Below, piece after piece: positions 42,176-53,454 of a stretch of DNA of 64,000 bases. The notes under the pieces are model-generated. The model was not told the DNA's origin and searched no databases. It saw only the letters and a list, made by a program, of their open reading frames with translations. Source of the DNA: an uncultured Bacillaceae bacterium (lineage in GTDB: Bacteria; Bacillota; Bacilli; Bacillales; Cytobacillaceae). The stretch is taken from contig CAVPUE010000010.1 of assembly GCA_963708895.1 (NCBI GenBank), positions 33,651 to 97,650 of the forward strand, written 5' to 3'. Position 1 is the stretch's first letter, and every line of letters begins with the position of its first letter. The position numbers and the translations under genes were made by a program.

Positions 42176-42538
42176 TGCAATGCCTCCTGTTTTTAACGAA
42201 CCAGTTAAATAAATATATATAAAATTAGAATATGATTTCATGATTAATCAATTTTAAAATACACTTTAATAACTATTTCTATTGCGGATTTCGAAAGATA
42301 GTCAATTAAGCCGAGAGAGTGAATCCTCTTCCTTAAGGCTCGAACATATTCTTTTCAATGTTTTTATGATAACATGTAAACGACATTTTTTGACTATTAA
42401 ATTCAATTTTTTTTCGTTAACGGGTAGTAATTTATTCCAATTACAACAAACACTTTTTTTCAACTAAAAAAACAGCATAGTTCTATTAAAACACAAAAAA
42501 TTAAAAATTGTTAAAAATATGTAAGGAGATTATTAAAT

Positions 42539-43333
42539 ATGTTTAAAAAAGATGGTCATATACATACTCACTTTTGTCCGCATGGCACAAAAGATTCTTT
42601 CAGGGAATACATTGAGAAAGCCATTTCACTTGGTTTTGAGGAAATCTCATTTACTGAACACGCCCCTCTCCCAGATGGTTTTGTTGATACAACACCTACA
42701 CAGGATAGCGCGATGAGTGCCGAACAACTCGAATTATACTTTGCGGAAATCCAATCACATAAAGAAAAGTATAAAGATAAAATAAAAATTAATTGCGGTC
42801 TTGAAGTTGATTATATTGAAGGCTATGAAAGCGAAATAAAAGAAGCTTTAAACAACATCGGTTCAAAGCTCGATGACGCTATTTTATCTGTTCATTTTTT
42901 AAAAAATGGTCAAAAATACGACTGTCTTGATTACAGCCCACAGCATTTCGAGCAAATGATTCATGAATATGGATCTATAGAAAAAGTTTATCAAAAATAC
43001 TATGATACCGTTGCAGCATCGATCACAGCAGATTTGGGCTATTATAAGCCAAAACGAATCGGACATATTACGCTTGTGCATAAGTTTCAAAGTCGCTTTC
43101 CGTTTCGTGGTGATGAACGTTCGACGTTGAAGCAATTACTTAAACTTATTAAAAACCAAGGTTATTCATTAGATTATAATGGAGCAGGTACAGCTAAACC
43201 TCTTTGCCGTGAGCCATATCCTCCAGACTGGGTCATACAGGAAGCGATGAGCTTAAATATTCCGCTTGTATATGGATCTGACGCACACCAAGCAAAAGAA
43301 CTTGGGCAAGGAATGGAGCAAATGATTAAATAA
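42539..43333 (+). CDS. hisJ: Histidinol-phosphatase (PHP family)
   Basis: DGHIHTHFCPHG, FTEHAP, GLEVD, GSDAH. Confidence 0.93.
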   Translation: MFKKDGHIHTHFCPHGTKDSFREYIEKAISLGFEEISFTEHAPLPDGFVDTTPTQDSAMSAEQLELYFAEIQSHKEKYKDKIKINCGLEVDYIEGYESEIKEALNNIGSKLDDAILSVHFLKNGQKYDCLDYSPQHFEQMIHEYGSIEKVYQKYYDTVAASITADLGYYKPKRIGHITLVHKFQSRFPFRGDERSTLKQLLKLIKNQGYSLDYNGAGTAKPLCREPYPPDWVIQEAMSLNIPLVYGSDAHQAKELGQGMEQMIK

Positions 43334-43955
43334 CTGTTTTTTGTACGATTGTTTTTGGTGTTAATGCACTTTCTAGCCATCGATAGATTTCTTTCAAGTA
43401 TTTATCTGCAAAATATTGTTCATGTGGGAAAATATGCAAAACCTCTGAAATATATTGACTATTAAGAAATGGCATCGATAATAAACCCTTTAACTGTAAA
43501 ATAAAATAATTAATATTAATTTTATTGAATTCACGGTCTAGCATTCCTTTTTCTAAAATCTGAGTAAAATAGTATTTTTCCTTTATTGAATAGGTTGACA
43601 TCATTTCACGGACGATTTGGCTGTCTACTGATAGTTCTCGTATAATAAATCGAGCTAAGTGGCTATTTTGATAATGAAAACTCATTAAGTTTTCAACTAC
43701 TTTTTTTAAGGCATGATAGGCTCCTGTGTCCAAGTCACACATACCCTTTTCTAATTCCTTTAAATAGTTTTCATAATAAGTCATAAAACAATATTCTAAC
43801 AACCCTTCTTTATTTTGAAAATAGTAGGAAATGTTGGCAACGTTCACTTTTGCCTTACCAGCTATTTCTCGGATCGTTGTACCATGAAATCCTTTCGTAT
43901 TGAATATAGAAATGGCAGCTTTTAGAATGGCAGCTTTAGAATTTTTTTCCATCAA
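43326..43955 (-). CDS. refZ: TetR-family forespore capture protein RefZ
   Basis: TetR HTH (GFHGTTIREIAGKAKVNVANISYYF), conserved ezrA-hisJ-refZ synteny. Confidence 0.92.
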   Translation of the reverse strand: MMEKNSKAAILKAAISIFNTKGFHGTTIREIAGKAKVNVANISYYFQNKEGLLEYCFMTYYENYLKELEKGMCDLDTGAYHALKKVVENLMSFHYQNSHLARFIIRELSVDSQIVREMMSTYSIKEKYYFTQILEKGMLDREFNKININYFILQLKGLLSMPFLNSQYISEVLHIFPHEQYFADKYLKEIYRWLESALTPKTIVQKTVI

Positions 43956-44116
43956 TAAACACCACTTTCAAATTTTGTCAAAAATTCAGACAATAGCTTA
44001 TTCTACAATTCGACCTTTCTTACTTCAATCCCTTTAATAAACGCTCGACAAAAACTGAAAAATTCCCGAAATTTTCGTTGCACAAAATAAAAAGGCCCTT
44101 CTCGGGGTCTTTTTAT

Positions 44117-44154
44117 TAGGCTCTTTTCTCAAACTTTACGAAAATAGACCTTTA
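44117..44154. repeat. Collapsed two-ends-only copy of family A abutting the dgcP stop codon
   Basis: TAGGCTCTTTTCTCAAACTTTACGAAAATAGACCTTTA equals the right end fused to the left end through shared GTTTG. Confidence 0.7.
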
Positions 44155-45558
44155 TGGTTGAATCACAACTTTATCTTTTCCTGTTTCCTTTGCTCTGTAT
44201 AAAGCGAAGTCTGCACGTTTGAATACTGAATTGTAAGTATCATTATCCTCTTTTTTCCAATGTGAAACACCACATGAAACCGTAATTTTTGGATTAGACT
44301 CTTCCCTCACTTTTATCACTAGTCTTTCTGCAATTTGTATCCCTGTTTCCATCGAAACTCTTGGTAAATAGATGGCTAGTTCTTCTCCACCCCATCTAGC
44401 CCCTACGTCGGTAGAGCGAATATTCGCTTGAATAATTTGAGCAACTTGAATAATAACGTCATCACCAATTTGATGTCCATACGTATCATTAATTGATTTG
44501 AAATCGTCAATATCGATGATGATGAAAGTTCCTTCTCCATCTATACCCATGGACTCTTTTATTTTTTCATCCAAATAATTCCGTGAATATAATTTTGTTA
44601 AATGATCCGTGATTACCATCTTTTCAAGTTCTTCTCTTAAAATGGTATTTGTAAACGCTAATGTAGAGTGATGAATTAAAGATTTGAGTAGTTTAAACGT
44701 ATCGAATGAAAAGGCATATGGGGCACTGTGTACAACAATCACAAACCCATTTAAAATATTGGCTTGTAGCATAGGAACAGCCATGACTGATTTATAGGTA
44801 GTTGAATCATCTTCATCTAAAGGTAACTTCAAATCCCCAATAAAAATCGATTCATGTTCTTGATTAATGCTAGCTTTTATAAAATCGATGTAGCGATTCG
44901 CTTCTTCCGTAAAAAAGAAGGCCGTACTTCCTTGCTGCACCTTTATCCCATCTGTTTTCGAGCAATATTGAATAAATCCAACTTCTTCTGCTCCCAACGA
45001 ATGGATAATTTGTTCAGTCATATATTCCATCGTTTCAGCAAGTTTCAGGCTTGAATTTAAACGTTGGCTTGTCTCATTAATAAGCTGTAGATCAGCAATT
45101 AATCGCTGTGACTGTTCATATAACTGAGCATTTTCAATCGCAATCCCGGCTGTTTTGGCAAGTAATGAAATAAACTCAACTTCACTTTTCGGAAAAATGA
45201 GTGTGTCTGGAGTAATCATTTCCAGTACTCCATAAACACCTTGTATGCCATTTAATGGAGCATATAAAATGGTTTTTTTCTCCGATTTAGAGTCTTCGAT
45301 TTGCATGGTTCCCGTTACATAGGCTTTCATAAGACTTCTATTCTTTTCACTGTAGTCAAATTCCTTGATTGGGAGAGTTTCATATCCTTTATAATCTTGC
45401 GACAGAATGAGGTAGTGAGTAAAACTCGGATAAATTTCTCGCAATGATTCAATAATTTCATTTAAAACTGATTCCATATTGATGGCAGAATGAACCTTTT
45501 CTGTAACACGAAACAACTGCTTATAGCGGCTTTCTTCAGTTTCCATGGTAATCCTCAC
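44152..45558 (-). CDS. dgcP: GAF-GAF-GGDEF diguanylate cyclase (YtrP/DgcP)
   Basis: Two GAF-like domains, DHLTKLYSR, IDIDDFKSINDTYGHQIGD, I-site RSTD, GGEEL. Confidence 0.9.
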   Translation of the reverse strand: MRITMETEESRYKQLFRVTEKVHSAINMESVLNEIIESLREIYPSFTHYLILSQDYKGYETLPIKEFDYSEKNRSLMKAYVTGTMQIEDSKSEKKTILYAPLNGIQGVYGVLEMITPDTLIFPKSEVEFISLLAKTAGIAIENAQLYEQSQRLIADLQLINETSQRLNSSLKLAETMEYMTEQIIHSLGAEEVGFIQYCSKTDGIKVQQGSTAFFFTEEANRYIDFIKASINQEHESIFIGDLKLPLDEDDSTTYKSVMAVPMLQANILNGFVIVVHSAPYAFSFDTFKLLKSLIHHSTLAFTNTILREELEKMVITDHLTKLYSRNYLDEKIKESMGIDGEGTFIIIDIDDFKSINDTYGHQIGDDVIIQVAQIIQANIRSTDVGARWGGEELAIYLPRVSMETGIQIAERLVIKVREESNPKITVSCGVSHWKKEDNDTYNSVFKRADFALYRAKETGKDKVVIQP

Positions 45559-45803
45559 CTAGTTTTTGATTGCTTTCTTAAAATATAGGACTTATTTACT
45601 TGATTATACTACTATCACTAGTATTTTTGTGTAAAATTACCTAGTTTTCACAAAAATACATATTTATTTACAATTTAAAACAGGATAGACATAGAATTAA
45701 TTTCATAATTGAAATCACATTTATTGTGCTAACTGAATAAATACTCCTACGACTCTTTCTTCTCATTTTACACAGCTTTTACCATTAATTCAATGATATA
45801 TAC

Positions 45804-45833
45804 TTGACAAAGATATCTATTTAATTATATAAT
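45804..45833 (+). promoter_or_regulatory. SigmaA promoter of rpsD
   Basis: TTGACA-18 nt-TATAAT. Confidence 0.85.
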
Positions 45834-45837
45834 TGCG

Positions 45838-46028
45838 TTTGTGTAAAATATCGCAGCTTATGTGATAACTTTTTTGGATTCATTTTGTTCCTCTTACGCA
45901 TTTCGTTTTTTGACGGTGTATGAGTAACCCTCTGCTGCAGGGCGAATGTACATGATACAAAATGACCGGGAAAGAGCTCACATCTGTTTTTATTTTACAA
46001 AAATAAAAACATAGAGGAGGAGTCATTT
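45838..46028 (+). ncRNA. rpsD (S4) autoregulatory leader
   Basis: About 190-nt leader with GCAGC...GTAACCCTCTGCTGC pairing segments, as in Bacillus S4 leaders. Confidence 0.7.
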
Positions 46029-46631
46029 ATGGCTCGTTATACAGGTCCAAGTTGGAAACTGTCTCGTCGTTTAGGGATCTCTTTAAGCGGCACTGGTAAA
46101 GAATTAGAAAAGCGTCCTTACGCTCCTGGACAACACGGTCCAAACCAACGTAGAAAATTATCTGAATATGGTTTGCAATTACAAGAAAAACAAAAGCTTC
46201 GCCATATGTATGGTATGACTGAACGTCAATTCCATAATTTATTCGTTAAAGCTGGTAAAATGGCTGGTATTCATGGTGAAAACTTCATGATTCTATTAGA
46301 TTCACGTTTAGATAATACTGTTTACCGTTTAGGTTTAGCTCGTACTCGTCGTCAAGCACGTCAGCTTGTTAACCATGGTCACATCTTAGTTGATGGCAAA
46401 CGTGTAGATATTCCATCTTACCGTTTAAAAGCTGGTCAAACAATCGGTGTTCGTGAAAAATCACGTAACCTTGACATCATTAAAGAAGCAATCGAAGTGA
46501 ACAATTTCGTTCCTGATTACTTAACTTTTGATGCTGACAAACTTGAAGGAACATTCACTCGTTTACCAGAACGTTCTGAACTTCCTGCAGAAATTAACGA
46601 AGCATTTATCGTTGAGTTCTACTCTCGTTAA
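46029..46631 (+). CDS. rpsD: 30S ribosomal protein S4
   Basis: [16 protein letters not shown]...[10 protein letters not shown]...RQLVNHGH. Confidence 0.99.
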   Translation: MARYTGPSWKLSRRLGISLSGTGKELEKRPYAPGQHGPNQRRKLSEYGLQLQEKQKLRHMYGMTERQFHNLFVKAGKMAGIHGENFMILLDSRLDNTVYRLGLARTRRQARQLVNHGHILVDGKRVDIPSYRLKAGQTIGVREKSRNLDIIKEAIEVNNFVPDYLTFDADKLEGTFTRLPERSELPAEINEAFIVEFYSR

Positions 46632-46639
46632 TAGTTTTC

Positions 46640-46671
46640 AAAAAACCTTGCCATCATGGCAAGGTTTTTTT
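46640..46671 (+). terminator. rpsD terminator
   Basis: AAAAACCTTGCCA-TCA-TGGCAAGGTTTTTTT. Confidence 0.9.
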
Positions 46672-46725
46672 GTAGGAAAACACCTGTAAAAAAGCCCGAT
46701 AATCAACTTATCAGGCTTTTTTATA

Positions 46726-47997
<1,272 letters not shown>

Positions 47998-48019
47998 CTA
48001 ATGTTCAATAGTCCTAAAA

Positions 48020-48302
48020 ATAAATAAAACGCCCCTGCAAATATGCAGGGACGCAAAATTTTCGCGCGGTACCACCCAAATTAAAGAATCATTCTTCCAC
48101 TCAAGTAAGATAACGGATTATCCGGTCACTGCTAGTACTGAAAGTAGAGTCTCTATACGTTCACACGAAAGCTCAGAGTAGATTTCTCGTTCACAGTGAA
48201 TGCTCAGGGAGGTATTTCATGCATCTATTTACACTGACTCACAGCAACCGTCAGCTCTCTTTAGCAGGGATAGATGTATTACTTGAATTCCCATCATCGC
48301 TT
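48020..48302 (-). ncRNA. T-box riboswitch (Tyr, UAC specifier)
   Basis: AGAGAGCTGACGG...GCTGTGAGTCAG Stem I loops, specifier GAAA-TAC-C (48214-48212), CCGTTA, T-box AATTTGGGTGGTACCGCG (48082-48065), terminator CCCTGCATATTTGCAGGGG-GCGTTTT. Confidence 0.95.
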
Positions 48303-48329
48303 TTAAAAATTATTTAACTTTATTATTGT

Positions 48330-48358
48330 TTTTTATCATAAATTAAAACTAATGTCAA
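48330..48358 (-). promoter_or_regulatory. SigmaA promoter of tyrS
   Basis: TTGACA-17 nt-TAAAAA with an extended TG. Confidence 0.55.
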
Positions 48359-48457
48359 ATATTGCTAAGAATTATCTCAACAAATTTCTACAAGCTTTTC
48401 GTTTTCTATATTCTATTTATGTTATAATGGAGGGTGATTTTGGAGGGGATTTATTGA

Positions 48458-51406
48458 ATGAAATTTGATCAATCTCAATGGAAAAATAATATGAAGTCGA
48501 TGATAGATGGATTAAAAAAGAAACATGTTATCAAAAAAGCTCGAATTACTTATCAAATTTTCTGGAACCTTGCACTTATTTCTATCATTGTTCTTGTTCT
48601 TGGTACTGCATTTGCAGGAGGGGTGGGCGCAGGATATTTTGCTTCTTTAGTAAAGGACGAGCCAATTCGCTCTTATGACGGAATGAAAAAAGATATTTAT
48701 AATTATGAGGAAACTTCTGAACTCTATTTTGCAAATAATATTTATTTAGGAAAGCTTTACAGTGATATTGATAGAGAAGAAGTAAAGCTGGATGACATAT
48801 CCCCTCATTTGATTGATGCCGTCATTGCTACAGAAGATCAATACTTTTATGAGCATGAAGGCGTCGTTCCAAAAGCGATTCTTCGCGCTTTACTGCAAGA
48901 AGTGACGAATTCATCAACCCAAACCGGAGGAAGTACACTTACTCAACAATTAATCAAGAATCAGATTTTAACCAATGAAGTTTCTTTTGAAAGAAAAGCG
49001 AAAGAAATCTTACTCGCCCTGAGACTTGAACAATTCTTTTCAAAAGAAGAAATTCTTGAAGCGTACTTAAATGTTTCTACATTTGGACGAAATTCATCAG
49101 GTAGAAATATTGCTGGTGTCCAATCGGCTGCAAAAGGAATTTTTGGTATAAAGGCTAGTGAGTTAACTTTACCACAAGCAGCTTTTATTGCCGGACTTCC
49201 ACAAAGTCCATTCGGGTATACTCCCTACACAAATAGTGGGGAAATCAAAAAGAACCTGGAACCTGGAATCACAAGAATGAAAATTGTACTACAGAGAATG
49301 TATGAGGATGAGAAAATTTCAAAAGATCAATATGATCAAGCCATTGCCTATGACATTACAAAAGACTTCATTACTGTCCATGAAAACCCTGTAGATGAAT
49401 ATCCATGGGTAACATTTGAAATTGAAGAAAGAGCCATCGATGTATTATCTGTTATTTTAGCAAAAAATGACGGATATACCGAAGAAGATTTACAGAAAAA
49501 TGATGCTTTAAAACGAAGATATATTACATTAGCTGATCGTGACATTCGTCAAAATGGATATAAAATACACAGTACGATCAATAAAGAGATTTATGATGCA
49601 ATGCAACAAGTTGTTGCCGATTACAGTTATTTTGGACGTGACCGAACGAAACAAGTCACAGACCCTGAAACAGGCGAAACCAAATCAGTTCCAGATCCTG
49701 TGGAAACAGGCGCCATTTTGATTGAAAATAAAACGGGTAAAATCATCAGCTTTGTGGGAGGACGTGATTATAACCGCGAACAATTAAACCACGCAACAGA
49801 TGCGTATCGTTCAAACGGTTCGACCATGAAGCCATTACTCGCATTCGGTCCAGCTATAGAATTAGGTAAACTTTCACCAGGAAGTATACTACCAGATGTT
49901 CCATTAAAGCTTAATCCTGCTAGACCAAATGAAGTGTGGCCCAAAAACTATGGTGGCGGTTATCATGGATTAGTAACAGCAAGGGTTGCTTTAGCAAAAT
50001 CCTATAATATCCCTACAGTTAAAGCATATGTTGATATTTTAGATTCACGTCCTGCACAGTATCTTGAAAAAATGGGATTTAACTCTTTAACAGAAGCTGA
50101 TTATATCAGTCCTGCTACTGCACTTGGTGGTTTGACAAATGGAGTAACGGTTGAAGAAAACACCAATGCATTTGGTACTTTTGCAAACAATGGTCAGTTC
50201 ATCGATGCTTATATCATTGATAAAATAACAGATAAAGAAGGTAATATTGTTTATCAACATGAAGTGAAACCTGTTGATGTCTTTAGTCCACAAACGGCTT
50301 ATTTGACTTATGATATGATGAGGGACGTCATTACCTCAGGTACAGCGACTTCCCTGAAAAGTCGTTTGAAATTCAGATCAGATTGGGCGGGCAAAACAGG
50401 AACTAGTCAGGACTATAAAGATGTATGGTTTGTAGCCACAAATCCAAATGTCTCATTTGGTACATGGATGGGTTATGATAATCCTAAACCAGTTCAAACC
50501 AGTTACAAAGGGATGTCCTACTCATCTAGGAATATTACTTTATGGGCTAGGTTAATGAATGCTGCTCACGATATCGCGCCTGATTTAGTTGATCCAAGTG
50601 AACCTTTGAAACGACCAGAAGGAATTGTCACCCGTTCTTTCTGTGGACTTACGGGTCTTGCACCAACACAGGCATGCGCAAATGCCGGTCTTGTTCGAAC
50701 AGATTTATTTAATGAGAAGTTTGTTCCGAAGAAAGGCGACAGTGATTTGAAAATGGAAAGTAGGAGATTTGTTACTGTCGGTAATATGAAGTATTTAGCT
50801 CTTGATTCAACACCTTCTGAATTTGTTGAAACTGGATATACTTTGGATGCTCAGTCGATTCAAAAGTATTTGGGAATCTCAACAGATCCAAGTAAACTAA
50901 CGATTAATAATAAATCTGTAGGAAGCGTCTCTTCTAGTGCGGTTATGAAAGAAAATGGTAGAGTCCCTCATGCCTTGTCTGTTTCAGGATCAGGTAATGG
51001 GGTTAGCTGGGGAAACCACTCTGACTCTGATATTATCGGATACCGAGTTTATAAAAACGGAGCAAAAGTTGCAACGATAAAAGCTGGCACGTCACGCTCC
51101 TATCAAGGCGGAAATGGTTCGTACTATGTTACGGCAGTTGATATAGCAGGAAAGGAATCAGGTCCTTCTAATGTAGTTATGGTCGGACAAGCAACTACAC
51201 CACCTGTAGTGGAAACTCCTAAGGAAACACCAAAAAAGGATACTCAACCAGTAACACCAGAACCGACACCAACTGAGCCAAAAAAACCGGAACAGACGCA
51301 ACCAGAGAAAGAAACACCGCCAGAGGGACAACCTCAGACACAAGCTCAAAATCAGAATAAAACGGATAAGCAACCCGTGCCACCTGTTCCAAATCAAAAT
51401 CAATAA
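48458..51406 (+). CDS. Class A penicillin-binding protein (transglycosylase-transpeptidase) with FN3-like and P/T/E/K-rich tail
   Basis: ATEDQYF, GGSTLTQQLIKN, STMK (SxxK), SYN, KTG; low-complexity C-terminus. Confidence 0.95.
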   Translation: MKFDQSQWKNNMKSMIDGLKKKHVIKKARITYQIFWNLALISIIVLVLGTAFAGGVGAGYFASLVKDEPIRSYDGMKKDIYNYEETSELYFANNIYLGKLYSDIDREEVKLDDISPHLIDAVIATEDQYFYEHEGVVPKAILRALLQEVTNSSTQTGGSTLTQQLIKNQILTNEVSFERKAKEILLALRLEQFFSKEEILEAYLNVSTFGRNSSGRNIAGVQSAAKGIFGIKASELTLPQAAFIAGLPQSPFGYTPYTNSGEIKKNLEPGITRMKIVLQRMYEDEKISKDQYDQAIAYDITKDFITVHENPVDEYPWVTFEIEERAIDVLSVILAKNDGYTEEDLQKNDALKRRYITLADRDIRQNGYKIHSTINKEIYDAMQQVVADYSYFGRDRTKQVTDPETGETKSVPDPVETGAILIENKTGKIISFVGGRDYNREQLNHATDAYRSNGSTMKPLLAFGPAIELGKLSPGSILPDVPLKLNPARPNEVWPKNYGGGYHGLVTARVALAKSYNIPTVKAYVDILDSRPAQYLEKMGFNSLTEADYISPATALGGLTNGVTVEENTNAFGTFANNGQFIDAYIIDKITDKEGNIVYQHEVKPVDVFSPQTAYLTYDMMRDVITSGTATSLKSRLKFRSDWAGKTGTSQDYKDVWFVATNPNVSFGTWMGYDNPKPVQTSYKGMSYSSRNITLWARLMNAAHDIAPDLVDPSEPLKRPEGIVTRSFCGLTGLAPTQACANAGLVRTDLFNEKFVPKKGDSDLKMESRRFVTVGNMKYLALDSTPSEFVETGYTLDAQSIQKYLGISTDPSKLTINNKSVGSVSSSAVMKENGRVPHALSVSGSGNGVSWGNHSDSDIIGYRVYKNGAKVATIKAGTSRSYQGGNGSYYVTAVDIAGKESGPSNVVMVGQATTPPVVETPKETPKKDTQPVTPEPTPTEPKKPEQTQPEKETPPEGQPQTQAQNQNKTDKQPVPPVPNQNQ

Positions 51407-51505
51407 TCTTTTTCTTTTAAGCACTGTTCTACTTGTAGGATGGTGCTTTTTTTGGAGAAATAAATAACTGCCACAAAAAAATGTGACAGTTACATCATGA
51501 TTCCG

Positions 51506-53222
51506 TTAATCTTCCATTGTAGATAGGTCACCTGTAGGTAAATCAAGTTCCCATGCTTTTAATACGCGACGCATAATTTTACCACTTCTCGTTTTTGGTA
51601 ATTTATCGCGGAATTCAATTTCTCTTGGCGCCGCATGTGCAGCAAGCCCTTTTTTAACGAATTGACGAATATCCTCAACTAACTCTTCGGATGGTTCATA
51701 ACCATCAAGCAAAGCAATAAATGCTTTAATAATTTCACCGCGAACCGGGTCTGGCTTTCCAATTACACCTGCTTCAGCTACGGCAGGATGTTCCAATAGC
51801 TTACTTTCGACCTCAAATGGTCCAACTCGTTCTCCAGACGTCATAATCACATCATCAATTCTTCCTTGGAACCAAAAGTATCCATCTTCATCCATATACG
51901 CAGAATCTCCTGATACATACCAATCATTAGGAAGAAAATAGGACTCATATTTTTGTGGGTTATTCCAAATCTGATACATCATAGATGGCCAGCCTTTTTT
52001 AATAGCCAAATTTCCCATACGATTTGGAGGAAGTTCATTTCCTTGGTCATCGACAATCGCTGCTACAACACCTGGAATTGGTTTTCCCATCGATCCTGGT
52101 TTCATTTCCATGCAAGGATAATTACAAATGAGTAGTGCACCTGTTTCAGTCATCCACCATGTATCATGAATTCTTAAGTCAAACACCTTTTTCCCCCAAC
52201 GAACAACTTCTGGATTTAACGGTTCCCCAACACTCACGATATGACGAAGATTGGATAAATCAAATTTCTTCACAACTTCATCACCTGCACCCATTAACAT
52301 TCTAAAGGCAGTTGGAGCACTATACCACACAGTTACGCCATACTCCTCCAATTTTTTATACCATGTCTCAGGATTAAAACGACCTCCCACAATTAAGTTG
52401 GATGTGCCTGTTAACCATGGTCCAAAAATCCCGTAAGAGGTTCCTGTCACCCATCCTGGATCTGCTGTACACCAATAGACATCATCTTCTTTCAAATCAA
52501 GGACCCATCTTGCAGTTTGGTATTGTTGAATCATGGCGTTATGAACATGTAAGACTCCCTTTGGGTTTACCTGTCGACCCTGATGTGTAGTGAAGAATTA
52601 ACCCATCATTACGGTCCACCCATTCAATATCAAGTTTTGTACTAGCTTCTTGAAAATGTTTGTTGTAATCGATGAATTTCTCACTTTCTTCAATCTCATT
52701 TCCGATGACAAAAATATGTTTTAATGATGGTAAGTCTTCGACAGGGATTCGTGATAACAGTTCCTTTGTTGTCACAATTACTTTCGCATCACTATCAGCT
52801 AGTCGATCGCGAACCGCCCCCTCCATAAACGCCTCAAACAAAGGACCGACAATCGCTCCCAGTTTGATAACGCCCAATAGGGAAAAGTATAATTCAGGTG
52901 ACCGTGGCATAAATACAAAGACGCGATCACCTTTTTCGATACCAACTTGTTTAAACAGATTACCTGCTTTATTTGAAAGCTCTTTCATTTCTTTGAATGT
53001 ATATTTCTCTTTACGAACCCCTTCATCATAGTATAGTGCTACTTGATTTTTTCGATAAGACTCAGCATGGCGATCAATGGCTTCATAAGCCATATTCCAC
53101 TTCCCTGTTTTATACCAAGAAAAATTCTTCTCCGTCTCTTTCCAATCAAACTGCTTAACCTTTTCATCATAATTCGTTAAATTATAGTCCCCTACACTAG
53201 CTGGCATCGCTTCTACTTTCAT
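51506..53222 (-). CDS. acsA: Acetyl-CoA synthetase, one extra G near 52558
   Basis: YTSGSTGKPKG/VLHVH across the shift, WWMTETG, PKTRSGKIMRR; divergent from acuABC. Confidence 0.96.
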
Positions 53223-53454
53223 TCAAAGAGTCCTCCTTATTCAAAAAACGCTATTATTAAGTATAGGATTAAGTATATTCCTATTGTTTTAAATATTCAA
53301 TAATAATATTTTAAAATTTTATTTTTTCAGATTTTTTAAAATATTTTACACAAAAATACCTAACGATTAGAATTTTATGTATAATGTGAGTAGAGACTAA
53401 AGCTCCACTTCAACAAAACAATTCAGCAATAGCTGAAATTAGTAGGTGGCGAAA

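Noticed and set aside
51180-51406. Pro/Thr/Glu repeats at the PBP 3' end as a DNA repeat element
   Set aside because: The low complexity is at protein level, with no exact nucleotide repeat unit.
53200-53345. cre and CodY sites at acsA/acuA
   Set aside because: Expected from B. subtilis, but the best matches here have four or more mismatches in very AT-rich DNA.
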